Source: Dendrobates tinctorius
Lineage: Eukaryota
Reading direction: 5' to 3'
Length of the DNA stretch: 64,000 bases
Assembly (NCBI RefSeq): GCF_039654945.1
Contig: NW_027361840.1
Coordinates: 10,664,001-10,728,000, forward strand
Shown piece after piece: positions 1-12,500 of this stretch (position 1 is the first letter of the stretch; every line of letters begins with the position of its first letter). The position numbers were made by a program, and so were the translations under genes. A model generated the notes under the pieces. The model saw only the letters and a program-made list of their open reading frames with translations, searched no databases and had not been told where the DNA came from.

Positions 1-1335
1 ATCTTGTACATAGGGGGCAGTATTATAGTAGTTATATACTTGTACATAGGAGTAGTATTATAGTAGTTATATACTTGTACATAGGAGCAGTATTATAGTA
101 GTTATCATCTTGTACATAGGGGGCAGTATTATAGTAGTTATATTCTTGTAAATAGGGGCAGTATTATAGTAGTTATATTCTTGTACATATAACAGTATTA
201 TAGTAGTTATATTCTTGTACATAGGGGCAGTATTATAGTAGTTATATTCTTGTACATAGGGGGCAGTATTATAGTAGTTATATTCTTGTACATAGGAGCA
301 GTATTATAGTAGTTATATTCTTGTACATAGAGGCAGTATTATAGTAGTTATATTCTTGTACATAGGGGCAGTATTATAGTAGTTATATTCTTGTACATAG
401 GAGCAGTATTATAGTAGTTATATTCTTGTACATAGAGGCAGTATTATAGTAGTTATATTCTTGTACATAGGGGCAGTATTATAGTAGTTATCATCTTGTA
501 CATAGGGGGCAGTATTATAGTAGTTATATTCTTGTACATAGGGGCAGTATTATAGTAGTTTTCATCTTGTACATAGGGGGCAGTATTATAGTTATATTCC
601 TGTACATAGGGGGCAGTATTATAGTAATTATTGTGCTGTATATAGGGGCAGTATTATAGTAGTTATATTCTTGTACATAGGAGCAGTATTATATTAGTTA
701 TATTCTTGTACATAGGAGCAGTATTATAGTAGTTATATTCTTGTACAGAGGGGCAGTATTATAGTAGTTATATTCTTGTACATAGGAGCAGTATTATAGT
801 AGTTATATTCTTGTACATAGCAGCAGTATTATAGTAGTTATATTCTTGTACATAGAGGCAGTATTATAGTAGTTATATTCTTGTACATAGGGGCAGTATT
901 ATAGTAGTTATCATCTTGTACATAGGGGGCAGTATTATAGTAGTTATATTCTTGTACATAGGGGCAGTATTATAGTAGTTATATACTTGTACATAGGAGC
1001 AGTATTATAGTAGTTATATACTTGTACATAGGAGCAGTATTATAGTAGTTATCATCTTGTACATAGGGGTCAGTATTATAGTAGTTATATTCTTGTACAT
1101 AGGGGCAGTATTATAGTAGTTATATTCTTGTACATATAACAGTATTATAGTAGTTATATTCTTGTACATAGGGGCAGTATTATAGTAGTTATATTCTTGT
1201 ACATAGGGGGCAGTATTATAGTAGTTATATTCTTGTACATAGGAGCAGTATTATAGTAGTTATATTCTTGTACATAGAGGCAGTATTATAGTAGTTATAT
1301 TCTTGTACATAGGGGCAGTATTATAGTAGTTATAT
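1..1335. repeat. ~35-36 bp AT-rich minisatellite (GCAGTATTATAGTAGTTATATTCTTGTACATAGG[G/A]), left part of array
   Basis: Directly visible tandem units with small variants; interrupted at ~1336 by the tail of an L2 element. Confidence 0.97.
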
Positions 1336-1691
1336 TAATAATAATAATAAAAATTTTTATTTTTATAGCGCCGACATATTCCACAGCACTTTACATTTCA
1401 GAGGGGATTTGTACAGACAATAGACATTACAGCATAACAATAATCACATACAGTAGATTATAACAGATACCAAGAGGAGTGAGGGCCCTGCTCGCAAGCT
1501 TACAGTCTATGAGGAAAGAGGTAGACATGAAAGGTGGGTGGTAACAGTTGCCCTGATTGTATGGACCAGCCATAATGTTAAGTGTGCAACAGTACAGACA
1601 CAGAGGGCTAATGGATGCATAAAGCATGTGGGAACATGATGCTGGGAACCTGGTTATGGTAAAACTTTTGGCTCTGCCACACAGGGATAGG

Positions 1692-4600
1692 TTAGGTTAA
1701 TGTGTTGAGGCGATAGGCCAGTCTGAATAAATGCGTTTTCAGGACACGCTTAAAATTGTGGGGATTGGGGACTAATCGTATTGACCTGGGAAGTGCATTC
1801 CAAAGAATTGGCGCGGCACGTGTAAAGTCTTGGAGACGGGAGTAGGAGGTTCTGACTATTGAGGATACTAACCTCAGGTCATCAGCAGAACGGAGGGCGC
1901 GGGTAGGGTGGTATACTGAAACAAGGGAGGAGATGTAGGGTGGTGCTGAGCCATGGAGGGCTTTGTGGGTGAGGGTAATAAGTTTATACTGAATTCTGGA
2001 GTGGATGGGTAGCCAGTGTAATGACTGGCACTAGGTAGAGGCATCGGTGTAACGATTGGTGAGGAATATGATCCTGGCTGCAGCATTCAAGACAGATTGG
2101 AGAGGGGAGAGTTTGGTAAGAGGGAGACCGATTAGAAGAGAGTTACAATAGTCGAGACGAGAATGAATAAGAGAAACAGTAAGAGTTTTTGCAGAGTCAA
2201 AAGTAAGAAAAGGTCGAATTCTAGAAATGTTTTTGAGGTGCAGATGACAAGAGCGAGCCAGTGATCGAATGTGGGGGGCAAAGGAAAGCTCGGAATCAAG
2301 TATGACCCCAAGACAGCGGGCATGTTGCTGGGGAGTAATAGTGGAACCACACACAGAAATAGCAATGTCGGGTATAGGTACATTAGTAGCGGGAGGAAAC
2401 ACCAGGAGTTCAGTCTTTGACAGGTTCAGTTTCAGATATAGTGAGGACATGATATTAGACACAGCGTTTAGACAATCACCAGTGTTTTCTAGAAAGGCTG
2501 GCGTGATGTTAGGAGAAGAAGCGTATAATTGGGTGTCATCAGCATAGAGATGGTACTGGAAACCAAATCTACTGATTGTTTGACCAATAGGGGCAGTGTA
2601 CAAGGAGAAGAGGAGGGGGCCTAGAACCGATCCTTGAGGAACCCCAACAGTAAGGGGAACGTGAGAGGAGGAGGAACCGGCAAAAGAAACAGTAAAGGAG
2701 CGGTCGGAGAGATAGGAGAAGAACCAGGAGAGAACGGTGTCCTTGAGGCCAATGGAATGGAGCATAGTGAGGAGGAGCTGATGATCCACAGTGTCGAATG
2801 CTGCAGAGAGATCCAAGAGAATTAGCATGGAGTAATGACCATTTGATTTAGCTGTTAGCAGATCATTAGAGACTTTAGTGAGGGCAGTTTCAGTGGAGTG
2901 TAAAGAGCGGAAACCGGATTGGAGAGGGTCGAGAAGAGAGTTTTCTGAGAGATAGCGGATAAGACGGGAGTGGACCAGGCGTTCCAGGAGTTTAGAGATG
3001 AAGGGAAGATTAGAGACAGGTCTATAGTTAGCGGCACAGTTTTGGTCGAGGGATGGTTTTTTAAGTAGTGGATGTATGATGGCATGCTTAAATGAGGAGG
3101 GAAAAATACCAGTAGAGAGAGAGAGGTTAAATATTTTAGTTAGGTGAGGGGTGACAGCAGGGGAAAGGGACTGGAGGAGATGTGACGGAAATGGGTCACT
3201 GGTGCAAGTAGTTGGGCGAGAAGATGCAAGGAGCCTGCTTACTTCTTCTTCTGTGACTGGTTCAAAATCAGAGAGTGAGTTAGATGCAGTGGGGGAGGGA
3301 GGACGGTGCATGGTATGAGGGGATTTGGAGATAATTTCCTGTCGGATCTGGTCAATTTTTTCTTTGAAGTAATTGGCCAGATCGTCAGCTCGGAGCTCCG
3401 TGGTTGGGGCCTGTACTCTTGGATTGAGTAGAGAATGAAAAGTGTCAAAGAGACGTTTCGGGTTATTGGACAGTGAGGTGATGAGGGTGTTGAAATAGGT
3501 TTGTTTGGAGAGGTGAAGGGCAGTGTTGTATGTTCTAAGCATAAACTTAAAATGGATGAAATCTTCGTGTAGATTGGATTTTCTCCACAGACGTTCGGCG
3601 CACCTGGAGCACCGCTGCAGGAAACGTGTTTGCACCGTGTGCCAGGGTTGTCGCCGTCTGTGTTGTGGTGTTCTATTTATAGGGGGTGCAAATTCATCCA
3701 GGGCAGTTTGAAGTGTTTCATTGTAATGCTTCAATGCAGAATCAGGACATGAGAGGGAGGAGATAGGGGCCAATGAAGACTGCAAGTTCTTCATAAGTTT
3801 CTGGGTGTTAATGGCCTGTATGTTTCTATAAGTCTGAACAGTGGGGGTGACCTGAGCAGCCTGGCAGTTCTTTATAGAGAATGAAAGAAGATTGTGGTCA
3901 GAGAGCGGGAGAGGGGAGTTTGCAAAATCATCCACTGCACAAAGCCGAGAGAAGACCAAGTCGAGGGAGTTTCCGTCTTCATGCGTTGGAGAATTAGTGA
4001 GCTGCGAAAGGCCAAATGAGGAGGTTAGAGATAAAAGGTGAGTAGCAGATGGGGAGAGGGGAAGAGCAATGGGGATGTTGAAATCTCCCATGATGAGGGT
4101 AGGGATGTCACAGGAGAGAAAATGTGGAAGCCAAGTGGCAAAATGATCCAGGAACTGATGGGAGGGGCCGGGAGGACGATACACCACCGCCACTTGCATG
4201 GAGAAGGGGGTGTAGAGTCTGACGGCATGGACCTCAAAAGAAGGGAAGACAAGTGAGGGTACTTGAGGGATAACCTGAAAGGTACATTTTGGTGATAGGA
4301 GCAGACCAACGCCTCCACCAGCTCTATTGTCTGATCTTGGGGTATGAGAGAAGTGTAGCCCCCCATATGAAAGAGCAGCAGCAGCGGTAGTATCTGACTG
4401 CTGGATCCAGGTTTCAGTAAGAGCCAGGAGGTTAAGAGAATTAGAAAGGAAGAAGTCATGAATGAAGGAGAGTTTGTTACACACTGAGCGAGAATTCCAA
4501 AGTGCACAATTAAGAGAGATAGATGGCATGCAGGGAATATTAATGAGATTAGAGGGGTTTCTGAGTGTAGCAGTGGGGGGGTTTGACTTTCTATAACATG

Positions 4601-4988
4601 GGGGACCAGGGTTGGGAGCAATGTCTCCTGCGACTAGGAGAAGGAGGATAGAAAGAGTGAGCAGATGGTTAAGTGATTTGTGAGAGCGTCTCTGGTGTTG
4701 AATGGTGGGACTGCCTGGATCTGTGCAATTTAACAATGTGAAAAGAGCGTGAGTGCTATACATAGGAGAGGAAAGGAGTGAGGGGCCAATATGGATGGAG
4801 TGTGGAGAATTAATGCCAGGGCGGTGGATGTGTGTGAATGCAGCGGCCAGGATATAAATTACACAAATGCATATGGTATATATTTGTTGTACTCCAAATG
4901 TACAGGGAGTAGATGTATATAAATGTCTTACCTGTCTCCTGCCCTGTCTAACTGTCATGTTATAACTGCCAGTAGTACTTTGATACAT
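1692..4988 (-). pseudogene. L2 APE-RT polyprotein with one premature stop at 2031-2033
   Basis: 985-aa ORF 2031..4988; the same frame continues past TAG as CQSLHWLPIHSRIQYK...LWNALP...FKRVLKTHLF to TAA at 1692, a typical L2/CR1 C-terminus. Confidence 0.88.
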
Positions 4989-5485
4989 GTACTTTGATTA
5001 CATGTGCATAAATGCCACCCCTGCATAAATGCTCCCCCTAGCTATGTCCGAATATATAGGAGATTAAGGCTAAGTTTTGTTTTTTTTTGGCTCTCTCTTC
5101 TCGTTAATCAATCACACTAAATTGAGACACCAGGACCCAATAAAATGTTGTGGTCAAATAAACACATGTCCAGCACTACATGGATCATAAAGCACTTTGA
5201 AAAGTTTCTTGACCTCACAACATAAGGGGACAAGCAGAGTAAGTTGAAAAAAACTATATACCAGATATAAGTTTGCAGAGTTGAAAACACATAGATAGCA
5301 TTCAGGATTAACTGCTTGCTGACATTGAATGGAGACACAGGAGTGGATTCAGAGCAGAGATTGGAAAAGCTGGTTACCTGTATGAAGAGAATAGAGATGC
5401 GTGTCACATTCATCCATGTTATAACTGCCAGAAGTACTTTGATACATGTACTTAGATTACATGTGCATAAATGCCACCCCTGCAT
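4956..5485. repeat. 71-bp direct repeat (4956-5026 and 5415-5485) in the L2 5' region
   Basis: CATGTTATAACTGCCAG[T/A]AGTACTTTGATACATGTACTT[T/A]GATTACATGTGCATAAATGCCACCCCTGCAT present twice, 459 bp apart. Confidence 0.85.
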
Positions 5486-8400
5486 GTTATCATCTTGTAC
5501 ATAGGGGGCAGTATTATAGTAGTTATATACTTGTACATAGGAGTAGTATTATAGTAGTTATATACTTGTACATAGGAGCAGTATTATAGTAGTTATCATC
5601 TTGTACATAGAGGCAGTATTATAGTAGTTATATTCTTGTACATAGGGGCAGTATTATAGTAGTTATCATCTTGTACATAGGGGGCAGTATTATAGTAGTT
5701 ATATTCTTGTACATAGGGGCAGTATTATAGTAGTTTTCATCTTGTACATAGGGGCAGTATTATAGTAATTATATTCTTGTACATAGGGGCAGTATTATAG
5801 TAGTTATATACTTGTACATAGGAGCAGTATTATAGTAGTTATATACTTGTACATAGGAGCAGTATTATAGTAGTTATCATCTTGTACATAGGGGGCAGTA
5901 TTATAGTAGTTATATTCTTGTACATAGGGGCAGTATTATAGTAGTTATATTCTTGTACATATAACAGTATTATAGTAGTTATATTCTTGTACATAGGGGC
6001 AGTATTATAGTAGTTATATTCTTGTACATGGGGGCAGTATTATAGTAGTTATATTCTTGTACATAGGAGCAGTATTATAGTAGTTATATTCTTGTACATA
6101 GAGGCAGTATTATAGTAGTTATATTCTTGTACATAGGGGCAGTGCAGTATTATAGTAGTTATCGTCTTGTACATAGGGGGCAGTATTATAGTAGTTATAT
6201 ACTTGTACATAGGAGCAGTATTATAGTAGTTATCATCTTGTACATAGGGGGCAGTATTATAGTAGTTATATTCTTGTACATAGGGGCAGTATTATAGTAG
6301 TTATATTCTTGTACATATAACAGTATTATAGTAGTCATATTCTTGTACATAGGGGCAGTATTATAGTAGTTATATTCTTGTACATAGGGGGCAATATTAT
6401 AGTAGTTATATTCTTGTACATAGGAGCAGTATTATAGTAGTTATATTCTTGTACATAGAGGCAGTATTATAGTAGCTATATTCTTGTACATAGGGGCAGT
6501 ATTATAGTAGTTATATTCTTGTACATAGGAGCAGTATTATAGTAGTTATATTCTTGTACATAGAGGCAGTATTATAGTAGTTATATTATTGTACATAGGG
6601 GCAGTATTATAGTAGTTATCATCTTGTACATAGGGGGCAGTATTATAGTAGTTATATTCTTGTACATAGGGGCAGTATTATAGTAGTTTTCATCTTGTAC
6701 ATAGGGGGCAGTATTATAGTTATATTCCTGTACATAGGGGGCAGTATTATAGTAATTATTGTGCTGTATATAGGGGCAGTATTATAGTAGTTATATTCTT
6801 GTACATAGGAGCAGTATTATATTAGTTATATTCTTGTACATAGGAGCAGTATTATAGTAGTTATATTCTTGTACAGAGGGGCAGTATTATAGTAGTTATA
6901 TTCTTGTACATAGGAGCAGTATTATAGTAGTTATATTCTTGTACATAGGAGCAGTATTATAGTAGTTATATTCTTGTACATAGAGGCAGTATTATAGTAG
7001 TTATATTCTTGTACATAGGGGCAGTATTATAGTAGTTATCATCTTGTACATAGCGGGCAGTATTATAGTAGTTATATTCTTGTACATAGGGGCAGTATTA
7101 TAGTAGTTTTCATCTTGTACATAGGGGGCAGTATTATAGTAGTTATATTCTTGTACATAGGGGCAGTATTATAGTAGTTATATTCTTGTACATAGGGGCA
7201 GTATTATAGTAGTTATATACTTGTACATAGGAGCAGTATTATAGTAGTTAAATACTTGTACATAGGAGCAGTATTATAGTAGTTATCATCTTGTACATAA
7301 GGGGCAGTATTATAGTAGTTATATTCTTGTACATAGGGGCAGTATTATAGTAGTTATATTCTTGTACATATAACAGTATTATAGTAGTTATATTCTTGTA
7401 CATAGGGGCAGTATTATAGTAGTTATATTCTTGTACATAGGAGCAGTATTATAGTAGTTATATTCTTGTACATAGGGGCAGTATTATAGTAGTTATATTC
7501 TTGTACATAGGAGCAGTATTATAGTAGTTATATTCTTGTACATAGGAGGCAGTATTATAGTAGTTATATTCTTGCACATAGGAGCAGTATAGTAGTTATA
7601 TTCTTGTACATAGGGAGCAGTATTATAGTAGTTATATTCTTGTATATAGGAGCAGTATTATAGTAGTTATATTCATGTACATAGGGGTAGTATTATAGTA
7701 GTTATATTCTTGTACATAGGGGGCAGTATTATAGTAGTTAGATTCTTGTACATAGGAGCAGTATAGTAGTTATATTCTTGTACATAGGGAGCAGTATTAT
7801 AGTAGTTATATTCTTGTACATAGGGGCAGTATTATAGTAGTTATATTCTTGTACATAGGGGCAGTATTATAGTAGTTATATTCCTGTACATAGGGGCAGT
7901 ATTATAGTAGTTATATTCTTGTACATAGGGGGCAGTATTATAGTAGTTATATTCTTGTACATAGGGGCAGTATTATAGTAGTTATATTCCTGTACATAGG
8001 GGCAGTATTATAGTAGTTATATTCCTGTACATAGGGGGCAGTATTATAGTAATTATATTCTTGTATATAGGGAGCAGTATTATAGGAGTTATATTCCTGT
8101 ACATAGGGGGCAGTATTATAGTAATTATATTCTTGTATATAGGGAGCAGTATTATAGTAGTTATATTCTTGTACATAGGGGCAGTATTATAGGAGTTATA
8201 TTCCTGTACATAGGGGCAGTATTATAGGAGTTATATTCTTGTACATAGGGGCAGTATTATAGTAGTTATATTCTTGTACATAGGGGCAGTATTATAGTAG
8301 TTATATTCTTGTACGTAGGGGCAGTATTATAGTAGTTATATTCTTGTACATAGGAGCAGTATTATAGTAGTTATATTCTTGTACATAGGGGCAGTATTAT

Positions 8401-8895
8401 AGGAGTTATATTCTTGTACATAGGGGCAGTATTATAGGAGTTATATTCTTGTACATAGAGGCAGTATTATAGTAGTTATATTCTTGTACATAGGAGCAGT
8501 ATTATAGTAGTTATATTCTTGTACATAGAGGCAGTATTATAGTAGTTATATTCTTGTACATAGGAGCAGTATTATAGTAGTTATATTCTTGTACATAGGG
8601 GCAGTATTATAGGAGTTATATTCTTGTACATAGGGGCAGTATTATAGGAGTTATATTCTTGTACATAGAGGCAGTATTATAGTAGTTATATTCTTGTACA
8701 TAGGAGCAGTATTATAGTAGTTATATTCTTGTACATAGGGGCAGTATTATAGTAGTTATATTCTTGTACATAGGAACAGTATTATAGTAGTTATATTCTT
8801 GTACATAGGGGCAGTATTATAGGAGTTATATTCCTGTACATAGGGGGCAGTATTATAGTAATTATTGTGCTGTATATAGGGGCAGTATTATAGTA
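5486..8895. repeat. ~35-36 bp minisatellite, right part of array
   Basis: Same unit as 1-1335, in tandem over 3.4 kb. Confidence 0.97.
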
Positions 8896-9048
8896 GAGTC
8901 CTGCCAATTGGGGGTTAGTCTTACATGAGCATTGTATTTAGTTCTATGAATGTATACTGTGTGTCTCACATGATCTCATCATGGTCACAGCATGCAGGGG
9001 GTTAACAACACTATATATTATACACCTCCTTTTACCGCTCAGGGATAT

Positions 9049-9450
9049 GTCACGTGATTAGAGTCAGGTTTCCAGAGTGACTAATCCCATCCGGGCATTT
9101 GTTTCCTAGGCTCCGCCCTCTGTTTATTGTCCTCAGTGTCTCCGCCTCTGGTTTCATCCAATCCGGGCCGCGCTTCCCTTCCCCCACAATGTAACACTAC
9201 CCGCCTTTTCCTGTGGAAACAGTGTGACTCCGCCTCTCACCATCCACCAATCGCCGGAGACTTCTCGCGCTCCAGATTAGTCGTCTCCTCCTGACTCCGC
9301 CTTTCGCTCTCATCCAATCCTCTGTCACTTTCTTTTCTCCCGCCTCATTTTATTCCCGCCTTTCTCATTGCGCCAATCGCCTGTCGCCGGCTGTCTCCGC
9401 CCTACTCTTGTTACCCCCTCCCCCATTGCGGCTCCGCCTCCGCCACAGAT
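9049..9450 (+). promoter_or_regulatory. TATA-less CpG-rich promoter of the KRAB gene
   Basis: E-box GTCACGTGAT at 9049; many CTCCGCC/CCCGCC GC boxes; CCAAT boxes at 9158, 9247, 9314 and 9373; CpG-dense to ~9730; directly upstream of ATG 9514. Confidence 0.8.
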
Positions 9451-9513
9451 CGCTCCTCCCTCCGGTTCTCGCCCATTATTCGGGCTGTAGTCGGTGACCG
9501 GCGACGGCGGAAC

Positions 9514-9549
9514 ATGGAGCGCCCGTTGATTTCGGAGACTCTGGCGCAG
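9514..9549 (+). CDS. KRAB gene coding exon 1 ([12 protein letters not shown])
   Basis: AACATGG strong Kozak context in the CpG island; donor CAG|GTAGGA, phase 0, matches the phase-0 start of the KRAB-A exon. Confidence 0.75.
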
Positions 9550-12500
9550 GTAGGACCGTGCTCGGCGGCCTGGTGTGAGGAGAACGGCGCTGCTGTGCTC
9601 CGTGTGGTGTTATCTCTAGGAGCCGCCATAGATACGGAGCGGAGGGGTTAATAGAGCGTGAGGGGAGCGCTGCTGTGCCCGGAGCGGCCTGCAGGGGCCG
9701 CTGGTGGGTGCCGTCCCCTATACAATCTATAGGGCCCCGAATTTACATAGAAACGGATGATCCCGTGAGGTGAAAAGAGCTCTCCCCACCATCTATAGCA
9801 TAGACCCCCACATACAGGACCCCCAGATACAGAAACCCCCCTGTATACAGAGCTCCCCACCATCTATAGCATAGACCCCCACATACAGGACCCCCAGATA
9901 CAGAAACCCCCCTGTATACAGAGCTCCTGACCATCTATAGCATAGACCCCCGCATACAGGACCCCCAGATACAGAAACCCCCCTGTATACAGAGCTCCTG
10001 ACCATCTATAGCATAGACCCCCGCATACAGGACCCCCAGATACAGAAACCCCCCTGTATACAGAGCTCCCCACCATCTATAGCATAGACCCCCACATACA
10101 GGACCCCCAGATACAGAAACCCCCCTGTATACAGAGCTCCTGACCATCTATAGCATAGACCCCCGCATACAGGACCCCCAGATACAGAAACCCCCCTGTA
10201 TACAGAGCTCCCCACCATCTATAGCATAGACCCCCACATACAGGACCCCCAGATACAGAAACCCCCCTGTATACAGAGCTCCTGACCATCTATAGCATAG
10301 ACCCCCGCATACAGGACCCCCAGATACAGAAACCCCCCTGTATACAGAGCTCCCCACCATCTATAGCATAGACCCCCACATACAGGACCCCCAGATACAG
10401 AAACCCCCCTGTATACAGAGCTCCTGACCATCTATAGCATAGACCCCCGCATACAGGACCCCCAGATACAGAAACCCCCCTGTATACAGAGCTCCTGACC
10501 ATCTATAGCATAGACCCCCGCATACAGGACCCCCAGATACAGAAACCCCCCTGTATACAGAGCTCCTGACCATCTATAGCATAGACCCCCAGATACAGAA
10601 ACCCCCCTGTATACAGAACTCCCCACCGTCTATAGCATAGACCCCCACATACAGGACCCCCAGATACAGAAACCCCCCTGTATACAGAGCTCCTGACCAT
10701 CTATAGCATAGACCCCCGCATACAGGACCCCCAGATACAGAAACCCCCCTGTATACAGAGCTCCTGACCATCTATAGCATAGACCCCCGCATACAGGACC
10801 CCCAGATACAGAAACCCCCCTGTATACAGAGCTCCTGACCATCTATAGCATAGACCCCCGCATACAGGACCCCCAGATACAGAAACCCCCCTGTATACAG
10901 AGCTCCTGACCATCTATAGCATAGACCCCCAGATACAGAAACCCCCCTGTATACAGAACTCCCCACCGTCTATAGCATAGACCCCCACATACAGGACCCC
11001 CAGATACAGAAACCCCCCTGTATACAGAGCTCCTGACCATCTATAGCATAGACCCCCACATACAGGACCCCCAGATACAGAAACCCCCCTGTATACAGAG
11101 CTCCTGACCATCTATAGCATAGACCCCCGCATACAGGACCCCCAGATACAGAAACCCCCCTGTATACAGAGCTCCTGACCATCTATAGCATAGACCCCCG
11201 CATACAGGACCCCCAGATACAGAAACCCCCCTGTATACAGAGCTCCCCACCATCTATAGCATAGACCCCCACATACAGGACCCCCAGATACAGAAACCCC
11301 CCTGTATACAGAGCTCCTGACCATCTATAGCATAGACCCCCGCATACAGGACCCCCAGATACAGAAACCCCCCTGTATACAGAGCTCCTGACCATCTATA
11401 GCATAGACCCCCGCATACAGGACCCCCAGATACAGAAACCCCCCTGTATACAGAGCTCCTGACCATCTATAGCATAGACCCCCAGATACAGAAACCCCCC
11501 TGTATACAGAACTCCCCACCGTCTATAGCATAGACCCCCACATACAGGACCCCCAGATACAGAAACCCCCCTGTATACAGAGCTCCTGACCATCTATAGC
11601 ATAGACCCCCGCATACAGGACCCCCAGATACAGAAACCCCCCTGTATACAGAGCTCCTGACCATCTATAGCATAGACCCCCAGATACAGAAACCCCCCTG
11701 TATACAGAACTCCCCACCGTCTATAGCATAGACCCCCACATACAGGACCCCCAGATACAGAAACCCCCCTGTATACAGAGCTCCCGACCATCTATAGCAT
11801 AGACCCCCAGATACAGAAACCCCCCTGTATACAGAACTCCCCACCGTCTATAGCATAGACCCCCACATACAGGACCCCCAGATACAGAAACCCCCCTGTA
11901 TACAGAGCTCCCGACCATCTATAGCATAGACCCCCACATACAGGACCCCCAGATACAGAAACCCCCCTGTATACAGAACTCCCCACCGTCTATAGCATAG
12001 ACCCCCACATACAGGATCCCCAGATACAGAAACCCCCCTGTATACAGAGCTCCCGACCATCTATAGCTTAGACCCCCACATACAGGACCCCCAGATACAG
12101 AAACCCCCCTGTATACAGAGCTCCTGACCATCTATAGCATAGTGCCTATAAGGATGTGCTGTATACATCACTGAAGCTGCGCAGGAGGCTTCCATCAACA
12201 TACGGGACCCCCCTGTATACAGAACTCCAGACCATCTATATATAGCATGGAGTCTGACCCCCACATACAGGACCCCCTGTATACAGGACTCCCGACCATC
12301 TGCGCAGGATGCTTCTATTAAATCCCCAGGACCCACAGACACAGAAACCCCCCTCCCCACGTACAGGACTCCCCAATCATCTATAGCATAGTCTATAGGG
12401 ACGTCCTGCATACATCACTGGTGCTGCACAGGTTGGCTCTATCAACATACAAGACCCCCAGATACAGGGCTCCCCCATACAGAACCCCCTGCATCCAGTC

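Larger units (their letters stand above)
1336..5485 (-). mobile_element. L2-clade non-LTR retrotransposon, near full length, inserted in the minisatellite
   Basis: ORF with APE endonuclease (LALTETW, GDFN, SDHNL) and RT ([14 protein letters not shown]); L2-type 3' end TGTAAAGTGCTGTGGAATATGTCGGCGCTATAAAAA followed by a (TTA)n tail at 1336-1395; 5' boundary approximate. Confidence 0.9.

Noticed and set aside
1-8895. CRISPR-like regular ~36-bp repeats
   Set aside because: Units are head-to-tail with no unique spacers, there are no cas genes, and the context is eukaryotic
9648-12131. Dozens of near-identical 64-70 aa minus-strand ORFs
   Set aside because: Artefact of translating the 71-bp VNTR; the unit length is not a multiple of 3 and there is no gene structure
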